64,000 nt of DNA from Eledone cirrhosa (taxonomy: Eukaryota), in contig OZ024740.1 of NCBI GenBank assembly GCA_964016885.1, forward strand, positions 334,738,001 through 334,802,000, given 5' to 3'. The notes beneath the pieces were generated by a model, which was not told the DNA's origin, made no database searches, and saw nothing but the letters and a program-made list of their open reading frames with translations. The translations under genes and the position numbers were made by a program. Shown piece after piece: positions 28,752-41,063 of the stretch. Numbering within the stretch: the stretch's first letter is position 1; each line of letters opens with the position of its first letter.

Positions 28752-31511
28752 CTATATATGTGTGAATATGTATTTATATATGCATATACATATAATACAT
28801 AAATATATACATTAGATCGTTATAACTGCGAGCAGCCACGGAATATGTATGTTTACACTTACACACACCAGATTCTGATTCTCGAGTTCCATTGATTAAC
28901 ATTATGATTATCTTGAAATATGAACAATCTTAGCCATATGTTTGTGTATACATGGAAGTAAGGTTTACATTTTTAAAGTTGTCAAACAAACAAATTTGGC
29001 ATATCAATATCAAACAAATTAGAAGACTGTTGAATCTTCATTTTTTGTACTTTCTATATTTCAGTTTGATTGGTTGCGTGGAGGTACAATTGTTCTTGCA
29101 TATTTTATTGTCATAGACTTTGTTTATATTCTGTGAATTACATCACATTTGTTATGAATTTCTCCTACATGGGTACATATTATGCTGTGACAACAATAGT
29201 AACCTTGTTTGTGTATCATTGTAGGAATTTCTTTTATCAGATAGCAACAAAACGGCAGTCTAATTTTATCGTATCGTAATTTACTCAACAAAAATACTTC
29301 AATAGATTTGGAAAATAAAATAATGAATTCATTTGTAACTGGATGTATATGTAACATTTGTACGACAGTATATGACTGTACATTGTAGTAACGCACTAAT
29401 ACTGCATTTCTTCCTAATAACAATTATCTTGTTATCGAGTGTCATTTCATTTCTAATACATAAGTAGGTCTGGACAAATATATCAAGACGAAAAATTATG
29501 TTTAATGTTAATAATCTTACCGTGTCACTGGACATTACTAATTCCCTGATTTCTCCATATATAAACAAGTGTGTATGTTTTTAATGATATGAGAACTAAT
29601 TTTAATTGTATTTATTTTAATGCCTCATTTTAGAAAATACGTCGTATTCTTATGTTGATATTTCTTTCTTTTCAAATAAGAAAACCTATCTTATGATTTA
29701 TATTTCTCAGTTTATGGTAGCCCGCGTTTGCAACTGAAGTTTCCATCTATATTGTTTGTTCTCGTAACATTTATTATTGAGTGCCTATCCTATTCCCCAA
29801 TACAATTTACGTATCGTAACACTCTCGTGACATTACTTCATTAATTTGCATTTGCAAATTTTCGGAAGTCGTAATTCTTATGGTAGTTCGAATTCTTAAA
29901 GTTGTGTAAACATTCCCGAAAGGAGCAGCAAACAAAATATTTTGAAAACCTAATGTTAAAAAATGACTGGATATTCTTCTTTTTTTTTCTTCGTTATTTA
30001 TGTTATTCTTTCATTTTATTTATTCATTGTTCTTTCCTTTTTTTCGAAGTATGAAATATTTCAGTAGCCGAAACCTAAAGAAATATGTTTAAGGTATGCT
30101 CAAACACTTACGATGACTTTAACCAGATGTCAATATTCCACTGCATAAAGTACTGATGTAAAGCATCAAATGGTTACTCAGGGACCATTTAAGATATGTT
30201 AATCGAATAAGTTTAAATACATGTATATAAGGATGTTAAAAAATTTAGTATTGTTGACGAAGTGTGACAATTAAAAAAAAGTTTTTAAAATATTTTAAAT
30301 TTAAAAAAAAATTCATTTCATTTCGCATTAACATATTTAAACTGATTTTGTTTTTGTGCAAAAAATATAATTTATTAATTTTAATTCTTTTTCTGTTTGT
30401 AACATTAAACAAATACGACGAGAAAGCTAATGTGTCTAGCTTAGTGTGATTGCATTTTTGCAATGCATTATAGTGTATCTGAGTCATTCATTTTTATGAA
30501 ACTAATTAATTTATTTAAAAGTATGTCAGTGTTAGAGATGATAATAGTAACATATGTGGAATAATTGAAACAAATATTAAAATATTCATACAAATTTCTT
30601 TCTTAGCAGTGTTTATATAATGTACTTTTTAATTGGTATTTTCAACTACCCTCGAAGGTGTTGTTAATGACTTTCACAGGCTTCTTGTCTAAACGTTTAG
30701 AATTATTATGCAATACGGCTTTAGTGCATAGTTTATGTCTGTGATGCAATAGGGTAGCCTGAACACTGTCTTTGATTGGAGTTAATAAACGGTATTCTTT
30801 CTATGCTTATTCTTACTTCAGTAACCAATCCGGTGTTCAATACGATTGTCTCACAGAGCAGCTGTCAGTCGGAACTTACAGATTACAACAGATGAAGAAG
30901 ACTTCACCCTAACATGACAAACTAATCAACAACCACTTCATATCTTTGATAAAGATTTTGTTTCTGGTTGTTTGTTACAAGATTCAGATTGATTTATCTG
31001 CTCTTTCGATAAAATGTGAAAAATATCAAAAAGTGTTGTTTTTTTTTTAAATCTGCAGGAAACGATATTTATAAAATAATTCAAAAATAAAACTGTAAAA
31101 TAAAATAATGAATTGCCTATAGTGTTGATTTTAATCACTGAATATACACAACCAAAGGGGTATTCCTTTTTAAAGTTTCCTCCTCTCACGTTCACCCATC
31201 ACTCGTTCAACACAAGATATCTATTAAATTCTTCTTAAAATCTTAGGAAAGGCTTAGAAATGATATTAGAATCATAATAAGGCTTCCAAATCAAAAAGGT
31301 TTTAATTAATTCAATTACACCTGATAAATCGAAATTATAAATTATATTCAGATATATATTTTAATTTATTTTAATAGATTGAAATCCTGTATAAACGAAA
31401 TATTAAAATTTTGCATAATTAAATCGATTTCAAACTGTTAATGAACACTCGTGTGGTGTTATTGTCATTAGTGTTATTATCACTATTTAAATTATTATTA
31501 GTAGTTTTGTT

Positions 31512-31580
<69 letters not shown>

Positions 31581-31882
31581 ATTATTAATTTGTTCGCCAT
31601 AAATCTTATAAACGTTATTACCAGACATCAGTCTTTTATCATTCTCGTGATTGCTATAGTAAGCAACGCCGTCATTATTTTAACATGCCAACATGCTCAA
31701 CCTAATCAAATATATGTTCATTACATCACAGTAGGAGAACAGTGTACCGCATTATATCAAAACTTTGTAACAATTACTTTAACTTCCAGCTATATTGCTG
31801 AACTCCAGTAAGGCATTTCGGGCGAATAAAAAGCCTTGTTTTCTGTTGTCGTGGGTGCTGCTTCATCCTCATCATTGGATCC

Positions 31883-31954
31883 CTAGATCTCCGTCTGGTA
31901 ACCGTCTGTGTACCCATCAAAAGTTATCATCTGGTTAGGTGCTGTGTACGTGTA
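31883..31954 (-). CDS. Probable terminal coding exon of a minus-strand host gene (YTYTAPNQMITFDGYTDGYQTEI*)
   Basis: Strong acceptor gttttgttttatcttttctag|TAC. The phase-0 frame gives 23 aa then TAG; the other two frames stop earlier. It is a GC-richer island in unique DNA and ends in a class I PDZ-binding-type motif (T-E-I). Confidence 0.6.
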   Translation of the reverse strand, partial: YTYTAPNQMITFDGYTDGYQTEI

Positions 31955-32868
31955 CTAGAAAAGATAAAACAAAACAAAAACCATAAGTGTTTTATATATC
32001 GGGGGAGCCAAAGAGATAGCCTGTACGAGTTCGCTTGTGTTACATTTGAAGAAAATGATGTACACTTTCGACAAATTAGTACTAAATTTATCAAAACAAA
32101 ATCGGGATAGCTATGGAGAAAAATCACTGTTGAACATACCAGTTCAATCCTGGCTCAAATAGGGCTAAGCACCAATGTGTGTTACTTCTGAAACCAATTA
32201 GTTTCTGATTTTCAATGAAGCATAACACTACAGATGAATTGAGTGGGTTTTGCATACTATGACTTTCACGTAGTTTTAATAAATTATATACATGTTATAA
32301 TTCAAAGCAATTCTTATGGATAACAAAGGTTTCAGTGAATGCGTACTTTCTTCACTGTGTTTATCTCATATTGTTTTGAGAAAACATGATTAAATGCTAC
32401 ACTGATCGTCAGGAACAACATTCGACAGCAAATCAGCTTTTAACATTCTCCTGGGATTTATAGAGTCAGGGCTCGAAAATCCGGAAATATCTTTCAACAT
32501 TCAACAATTAAAGACAATGCGAATGAGAAATAAAGTAGGAGTGTATGCCGGAGTGTAATGAAATGAACAAGAAGGAAACCGTCTATAAAATCGTCACTAC
32601 GGTCAATAATAAAACATAAATTTCTGGTAATATATTTTGGGTTTTCAATAAGACATAGACAAATATATTCTCTAGTGTAATTTTCAAAATTATCGGCCCA
32701 TCAAATTCAGAGTCTCGTTGATTTCACCGCATTATTGAATCCTATTGATATTTATATATCCATCTCCCTGTCTTTTTCCTGTTTTTAATTATTCTGATTA
32801 GTCGATCCCCTTGTAACCATAACTTTGCATTACATATATGCCGTCTAAACAATTGGCTAAATGGTACA

Positions 32869-32949
32869 TCAGGTAAAGTTGAACTGGTGGAGGTGATTGT
32901 GATGTTGTTGTGTGAGGAACTCTTCATACGGTACTGGTAGAGCGAAAAC
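32869..32949 (-). CDS. Candidate alternative terminal exon (VFALPVPYEEFLTQQHHNHLHQFNFT*)
   Basis: GC-richer unique island. The acceptor is weak (ttatttgcacgtcaaaag|GTT). A phase-0 frame of 26 aa ends in TGA, but another frame is also open. Confidence 0.35.
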   Translation of the reverse strand, partial: VFALPVPYEEFLTQQHHNHLHQFNFT

Positions 32950-34513
32950 CTTTTGACGTGCAAATAAATTACTCGTAGACACTTTGTCTGGGCCTTATCC
33001 AACTCACACAACCTAGGTATTCTTTTATGGTACTCTCACAAATCATTCCAAAATCAGGAGCAAGACTTAGACTATGGTATCCTGCTGTGGCTACAAATGA
33101 CATAAATAGGTCAGGAGTAGGCACCGTTTTGCAAAAGATGAGCTACAAACCACATTTCATATACCATTAATTATAATTAACTAGAACATACTCTAACACG
33201 TAGTATAATTTCATCTCTGTTTAGCCGAAGACATCCTGTACTAGGTTTCACCTTCTGTTAGTAATATCAGCCAAACCTCTCCCAAATCACAATATAAATC
33301 GAACGATTTATTTTTAACTTTGATTAGCGCGATCGTCACTGATTTGTGGAAAACAACACCATTTTTGTCTTAGGCGGCAAATTTCTTCTCAGACTGGGAA
33401 TCAGACAAGGCAAAACAATTATGAATTTGCAATTCAAATAATAAATAAATGATGTTAATTTATACTACTTAACTGGTCGTATACATTTTGTAACGAATTC
33501 ATAAAATATCAATATTTTCCTATGAAACTGAGTTTCGCTTAATTCAAATTGAAATATAATTTCAATATATCCTAGACATTAAGGATAGATATTAATTCAT
33601 AGTGTTGAAACTAACAGTTTTGTTTTCAATGAACTTGACCTATTGCGGTCTGATAGTTGCAAAGAAATGTTTTTGCCAACACTATTTATGGGTTATAAAC
33701 AATACAATATCCACAACTTTTTGTTACATTTCTTAAGTGAATTCAGTGTAATCTCTATTAATTATCGTATTTGCACATTTCTGAGCAAAACACTTTTGAA
33801 AACAAATTTCCAACTCTCCAAAGTATTTTCATAACTTTTCATCAACATACTTATTGACTCGTGCTGCATGTGCCAACGATGACGACGACAAATTCCTTTC
33901 GCATTTACTTCGGTTAAATTAGTTATGTTCTATATTGGAAGCTATATTTAGCTTTTCTAATGGTGGATTCGTGTATAGTTTCCAGTAAATTACTTTTAAA
34001 GAAGCACGTGATGGTATTTGCGGCTAGACTTGTGTAGCGATATCAGTCACTAAGGGAAGCTCCGCAAATCAATCCAAATCACATTTAATAATATCTCCTT
34101 ATAAATCCGGCCTAATCCACTTGAATATACAACTACTATAAATGAGCATTATGCATGTAAGCAAATATATAGAAGGCCTTTTCAAAACCGAATCAACAAT
34201 TGTCACACTTAGAAAACAAAATGTTCTGCCTATCATCGAGAGTTGATTGTGTCATTCCAGATTTAGTGTTTAGAATTTGAGCAAAGTTGACTACGATATA
34301 GGTGTGTCATTGAAATATGCATCACGGCTTTGTTAATAAATCAATCGTTTACAACTTTACCGAACTTCGCATTTTCCTTATTTTACACATACTCCGTCAC
34401 CGATTGACAAATCTTATTTGGAAGAAAAAATATAATGTTGTGTGCTTGAATTGATTTGCCTCAGTATTTACTGATTGGGGGATGCATACGCAACCCCGTT
34501 TAGTCCGCATCTT

Positions 34514-34553
<40 letters not shown>

Positions 34554-34558
<5 letters not shown>

Positions 34559-34647
34559 CGGAAAAATATATTACTCTTCGTACTGTATCTTTTCATCCAG
34601 CATTAGAGTATAGAAATCTACGCGCGGGCACATACACACACACACAC

Positions 34648-34678
<31 letters not shown>

Positions 34679-34767
34679 CATGCATGTGTGTGTGTGTGCG
34701 TAGATTTCTATATTCTAATGCTATATGAAAAGGTACTGTACTAAGAGTAATATATTTTTACGGTTTT
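34554..34767. repeat. ~215-bp palindrome centred on a (CA)n(TA)n(TG)n tract
   Basis: Arms 34554-34623 and 34698-34767 are imperfect reverse complements, and the central microsatellite is itself self-complementary. Confidence 0.85.
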
Positions 34768-35280
34768 GTTTTGAAATTTACACTATTTGTCGATAACTTG
34801 CATACGTGTACATTCGGGTGTCGGATTAGCGGAATCGTTAATGCATCGGTTAAAGTTTGATATATTTCATTCCATGGAACGATTAAATAATTTGCTAGTC
34901 ATGTACTCGGAGCAACATAATCCACTTTACTCACCCTGAAAGTTACTGGCCTGATGTTTAATATAGAAACATATTTTGGACTATATTTCATTTTAGTTTT
35001 TACCCTGAAGCTAGAAAACAGTTTCTTGATTTGTTCCTATTTTCTAGATACTCTTATAGTTTTCCATAATTCTTTCCAGGATTAGATATTTTGTACAAAA
35101 TATTTTGTCACAGTAGATACCCACCTCCCGGCATTTGTGCTAAATATGTCAGATTTTGGATGGAATATTCTAAATGTCTTCATTATATCTATAACTTGCA
35201 GATGATACAGCTTCAGAGAAAAATACTTCGAAGAGCAGCTAGCGGGATTCAACCATATATATATATATATACATATATAT

Positions 35281-35924
35281 ATATTCATTAGTTAAGCAAA
35301 ACAAGACCACACATTTCACAAGGAAGACATTATTAAAAGATTGTCAACATATTTTAGTTTGATGTAAGGAATGTAGAGAATAATAATAATATATTAATAA
35401 TAATAATGTCCGTTTACAATTGTTTCGCTACTCCATATAATATTTCTGGATCAAATGACTATATATCATTATTTATATTCCTTTGAAGTTCCGATGAGCT
35501 GCTCTGTTTTTAAATATGTTAATTATTTTCAACTGAACGAGATCAATAATGATATATAGTCATTTGATCCAGAAATATATGGAGTAGTGAAACAATTGTA
35601 AACGGACATTATTATTATTAATAATATTATTATTATTCTCTACATTCCTTACATCAAACTAAAATATGTTGACAATCTTTTAATAATGTCTCCCTTGTGA
35701 AATGTGTGGTCTTATTTTGCTTAACTAATGAATATTTCTAGCTCTGCGCGCCTAACTTCTGCATGAACCCAGCCACCTAGCTGCTTTCTACTGTATATTG
35801 CACATTGAGGACATGCCTTTACGCTTTGGCTTCTAACTAATTCACCAATCTCTCCTCTCCTATCGCCTCTCCTATCTCCATCTCTCTCTTTAAGATTGGT
35901 TACTTTTGAACTGTATCTTTCTTG

Positions 35925-35930
<6 letters not shown>
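35281..35930 (+). mobile_element. TA-flanked fold-back element with ~190-bp arms
   Basis: 35281-35473 is the reverse complement of 35545-35735. The right side continues to a (TA)n tract at about 35930. Confidence 0.85.
35488..35603 (+). ncRNA. Type I hammerhead ribozyme-like motif, long stem II, one core substitution
   Basis: gtt-CCGATGA-gctgctc...gagtagt-GAAAC-aatt-GTA-aac. Stem I is gtt/aac, stem II is 7 bp, stem III is the palindrome ACAATTGT, and U4 is replaced by C. Confidence 0.7.
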
Positions 35931-36006
<76 letters not shown>

Positions 36007-36062
36007 ATATCAAGAAAGAAGTGTGACACGGTTTGCTATACAAAAAGGGCTTTAATCACATT

Positions 36063-36168
36063 GCTGACAATTGTTTCTCTGAACTAGTAGGTCTAGAGAT
36101 CGCTACCCACCTGTTTCCGCGTCAATCGATCACCAATACATAGTTTTAACAAGTCAATTCACCAGAGC
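36063..36168 (-). ncRNA. Degenerate hammerhead-like motif
   Basis: Minus strand: gct-CTGGTGA-...-GAAAC-aatt-GTC-agc. A6 is replaced by G and stem II pairs poorly. Confidence 0.45.
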
Positions 36169-36699
36169 TAGCGAGAATGCAACATCACTATGGAAACGCC
36201 TTGTTGAGTCAAACTTAGCCAAGCGTTAATACCATCCACTACTCGGAGTACCTTAACTGGACTACACCTAAGTGGACTACCTATAACAATAATCTTGTAT
36301 CCCGTATATATATATATATATATATGGGCTTTGCTCCGGTTTTAAATATTAATCTGTAACGTTTGTAATATTATTTTCAAAAGTATTTCTGTCTTTTATA
36401 TTTGTTGCACCCTGGCTCGATTATTCATTCCTTCGGACATTTTGAATTATTCTTCTAAGCATTGCTACAGAAATTTATTTGCAAGTCATGAGGTCCCATC
36501 TTTGTTCCCACTAATTGACATCTTAAGAAACATTAAATATTTTAATGCAAAGCCCCAACATTCTCGCATATTTTATTAGTTTCATTCAATTTATATATTA
36601 AGTAAAAAGCATACAAATCATGAGATTTTAACCTCGTGATTTATATGACCGAAAATGGAACAATCATTATAAAGAGACAGAGAAGCTGTGGGTTTTCAA

Positions 36700-38280
36700 A
36701 TGTACACCGTATAGTTTATTTGTTCCTACTTATACGTAATGTTTAATGCTCATACCCTTCTTTTCTTATCTTGCATTATATCAATGATCTAATTAAATTT
36801 CCTCTCATATTAATTGATCTAAGAAATTTATTTAGTGTTTGCGTCAGAGGTTCCAGTTACTCATTCTATCTGCAGCGTAAAACCTCAGCTCGTTTTTACA
36901 CAAAATATGGTTGACACAAAACTTATTGTTTTAATGAGATTCAGGCAAACAGAATAGGGAAAGAAGAAATTATCCTAAAGTGCTTCCCTTTACAATGAGG
37001 ATGGACTTATTTTCCATAGCTTTCTCGTTTGACTGTATCTGCTGTAGCGCCCACGACTTATGCGAAGCATGTTTAAGATGTTTGCATATTAGTGCTTCAT
37101 TACTCATGGCTAATATTTCCAGAATAACTCTTTGTAAAATAATTCATAGAAGATTCTGCTTATCAATTCTTGCAATATTCAGAATTTTCTCTTCTTGCTC
37201 AATTTGGTCATTGAGATGTTTAATTAATTTCTGCGATATTGTTGCATTTAGGTTCATATAAGCTTTTCTAAACCTGGTGGTTTGTAGTTGATAGGGCTTC
37301 CAATTTCTTACGTACTCAGCCTTAAAATTGTTTCTCCACAGAAGGCCATTCCGCTGTTGTCCCAAGATCAGTATCTTATGAATCTGTATCTTCCATAACC
37401 GTATGATACCCTTGTAAATATTTTAAGCGTCATTTGTCTGAATGCCCATTGTGATATTTCCTGTAAAGACACCAGCTGGTTACTTGTTTATGGAATGGAA
37501 GGGTATCAAATAAAACGTTTCGTGTTATGTATTTTGATGCTTAATATATGTGTTCAACTTCCACAATCGAGGTAACAATATGACTTTTTTCTAGGGTTGA
37601 TATAGTACATAATTGTAAAATATTGGTGACGATATACTCGATTTTCCTCTCTCCCAAGTTGTTGGACTTATGCCTAAATTAGAAAGCATTATTTTTATCA
37701 TTAATCTGTACATTATTCATGATGACTACTGTATTTTCACCTTTCTTTCTAGTCTCAACTATTCCCTTGCACAAACCGTACGTTCTTGAGTATTTGTGCA
37801 ACACCCAGGAGGGCAATGTTTTGGTGGAGACAATTTACGATTCACGCTTGCTTTGTTGAAGATCCACTTTCCTATCTGGTTTCAACCGACCCAAGTAATC
37901 GATATGAAATGTAATTATCTTCTTGTTGTTCGGTGTCGTTGAGCAGAATCACTATAAGTAAGATAGTCTCAAAAGATTTCATAATCAATTCAGTCGTCCA
38001 TTCTTCAAATGGACAATTCAATATTTATTGTAGTACTGCTTCTACGCAGAGACTCGTCCCCTAATTTCTTCTTTAGTTTCAATATTTCCTTTTGGGAAGC
38101 CCCTTATTGATGAAGCAAACTGTGGAAGTATTTTCCTTTGTATTTATCGGGTGACAATTAATGGTTTGCCTTTCATTCTCGATATTTTCTGTACCTCTTT
38201 TTAGCCCACTTGCTGTAAATGTGCGTTTCCTATGCAGCTGCTTTTCATATGATTTGGGACTCAAGCATAGCTATCATGTT
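36700..38280 (-). mobile_element. Decayed APE-type LINE remnant (endonuclease plus linker region)
   Basis: ORF remnants ..STVCFINK.. (~GVGFIIN of APE) and a K/E-rich helical linker (37144..37365). Many stops are present. Confidence 0.45.
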
Positions 38281-38381
38281 TTGTTAGTTGGTCTTACTAA
38301 TCACAAAAACCATTAGTTCACTAGAGCAAACTAGTTATGTACCTTGCCACATATACATCCAAATTGTATGTTATTATTATT

Positions 38382-38570
38382 TGGATTGGCAGTATTGGTA
38401 GAGGGTTGGATGCCATGCTTTGCAACAAAGAGTTACAGCCCTTTATGATCTGAGTTCAAATCCCGCCGAGGTTAACTTTGCCTTTTTATCCTTACGGGGT
38501 CGATAAAATAAAGTACCAGTAATACACTGGGGTAATTGCTGGCCTTGTGCCAAAAGTAGAAATTATTATT
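38382..38570 (+). mobile_element. Family A SINE
   Basis: TGGATTGGCAGTATTGGTAGAG..GAGTTCAAATCCCGCC..GGGGTCGATAAAATAAAGTACCAG..GGCCTTGTGCCAAAAGTAGAAATTATTATT. Confidence 0.92.
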
Positions 38571-39565
38571 ATAAGTAATAGTATTACGTTTATTATTATT
38601 GCTGTTGTTGATTTTCTTGCTGAGATTGACTACGGCTCTATTTGTTTAAGTTAGTTATCTATTTCAATCAATTTTCTGAAGCCATACCAATTGCCTTTGT
38701 ATGATATAACTTTATACTGCTGTTGATAGAGATATATCATCAAATATTTTCAGATCCAAAACTACATTTACATTAATGGAAATCTACTCGAAATTATTTT
38801 GATATAATTATAAATAATTGATTGTATTTGTTTTGGCAAAGCCGGTATTATGTAAATTAGAAATTTACGAATGAAAATTAGATTAAAGTAAGAAACACAA
38901 ATCAAAACAACAGTTTACGTGTTTACCTTAAATTTCATGAGACATCAAGTTTAGGACCGTTGTTTTTCAAAAAAATGAAATTGCAAAATTATGATAGTTA
39001 AAGGCGGTGCTATACTGCATAAAAAAAACTTGATCGGAGGAGTACTTACATGAACAAACTGGTGTAATCACAATAGGGAATCAGCTTCAGACAAATAACA
39101 ATTTCTGTTTAGGATTAGACAATTGGAATTGTCAGAGAGTAGCCTCTTTGATACGTACTTTCCTGGTGTTCTTTAGGTGGCCCCTATGTTAAATTTGATA
39201 TCTTGCGTGTGGAATTCTGCAGCTGTTTTTAACAAAAGAAGCCCTCAATGCGACTTTTTTTATTCCTATGCATGTATGATTACCGAGTAAATGAATATTT
39301 GACGTATTAAGCGTTCTTTAGTATCATTAATTATTTCATATATGATTGTCTGAATATGACGTTCCATTCAAAATTATATTGTTTCGACATTAATGTGACA
39401 AAAGTTGAGGAAATCCTTTTAATTGGAGATTTTTAGAAAGACACTGGGTGGGAGCCTGTTGATTTATGCATTTTTGTTCCTCACCCTTCGTCCAACACAT
39501 CTGGGAGCATGAAAAGTTATAAATAGAATGTTAAATTACTATTTCACTGTAAATATATATATATG

Positions 39566-39609
<44 letters not shown>

Positions 39610-39871
39610 TTTTGTGTGTGTGCTGTGTGTGTGGGGTGGGTGGGGTGCGTGTGTGTGTGTGTGCATTATTGTGTTTAAAGACGAACGAAACATCAACACA
39701 CAAGCATTTAATACACATTCATATTTGCAGTTTGGAATGTGCATTTGTAATTTTATATGTATGAACATGTCTAACCTCTTCAAATATCTGTAAACTAGAT
39801 AATTATGTACAGGTATTCATATATATGAACAATTTAATATGTATATTATATATGTATATACATATATATTA

Positions 39872-39933
<62 letters not shown>

Positions 39934-40042
39934 CTTTTTAAATAACAGATTGAATATTTGCTCTAGGGTTCTTATATATTTGATATATATTTATTCTTAT
40001 CGAGCCCTCTTTGGATTTTAGTCTTCACATTTATTATTATTA

Positions 40043-40100
<58 letters not shown>

Positions 40101-40103
<3 letters not shown>

Positions 40104-40360
40104 AGATAGACTATCCGGGAGCTTCCAAGAGTAATGGTTGCATTATTTAAGGGTATGTCAATATTTATTTATAAAACTGCTCTATATTATATTTTATCTG
40201 ATGAAAGCCCACCATAATTTAACTTGGTGTCCTTGAAATATGTATAATGAAATAAATATGGTTTTATAAATATAGTTTCCATTTGTTAATATCGTATTTT
40301 TACTCCAATTATTTGTTGAGTACTTAATATCAGTTATAAAAATATTTGCTTGTTGTATTC

Positions 40361-40364
<4 letters not shown>
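40101..40364 (+). mobile_element. TA-flanked non-coding element carrying a hammerhead
   Basis: Bounded by (TA)n on both sides. Its 3' part recurs at about 43903-44010. Confidence 0.75.
40190..40254 (+). ncRNA. Type I hammerhead ribozyme
   Basis: tattttat-CTGATGA-aag..cacca..tggtg..ctt-GAAAT-atgt-ATA-atgaaata. Stem I is 8 bp, the core is intact, stem III is near-palindromic, the cleavage triplet is AUA, and AATAAA follows immediately. Confidence 0.8.
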
Positions 40365-40409
<45 letters not shown>

Positions 40410-40445
40410 TATACATATATATATATAACAATATGCATATATATA

Positions 40446-40819
40446 TATAAAGAAAAAGAGATGAAATCGAAAATGCAACTGGAGTCTTATATTTTTTTTT
40501 TTTAAATATATATATTTATTTGGTTCCTTTACCGGTTTCGCAGTTCTTCTGCTTTTCAAAAGTAGAGTTGAGATGGAGGGTCTGTGGTTTTTCTCACATG
40601 TGAGACAACCACGGATGTGAGAAAAACCACAGACCCTCCATCTCAACTCTACTTTTGAAAAGCAGAAGAACTGCGAAACCGGTAAAGGAACCAAATAAAT
40701 ATATATATTTAAAAAAAAAATAAGACTCCAGTTGCATTTTCGATTTCATCTCTTTTTCTTTATACTTTCAATCGTGTAGGACACCTCGGTTATTTTTCAA
40801 TTTGTAAAAAAAACCTCAC

Positions 40820-40825
<6 letters not shown>
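40446..40825 (+). mobile_element. TA-flanked fold-back element (~150-bp near-perfect arms)
   Basis: 40446-40599 is the reverse complement of 40615-40764. The right side runs on about 60 bp to (TA)n. Confidence 0.88.
40652..40687 (+). ncRNA. Minimal hammerhead-like motif with two core substitutions (mirrored in the left arm)
   Basis: ctt-TTGAAAA-gcag-aagaa-ctgc-GAAAC-cg-GTA-aag. All three stems are present and stem III is the palindrome ACCGGT. The core reads TTGAAAA instead of CTGANGA. Confidence 0.6.
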
Positions 40826-40885
<60 letters not shown>

Positions 40886-40886
40886 G

Positions 40887-40938
<52 letters not shown>

Positions 40939-41063
40939 TTTGTGTGTATGTGTGTGTGTGTGTATGTGTGTGTGTGAGTCTGTGTGTGTGTGTGTGTGTG
41001 TATTAAAGAACCATCAAAAGGTGTGACACTGGAAATTTTACCTTAGAATGGAGATTCCGCGAG

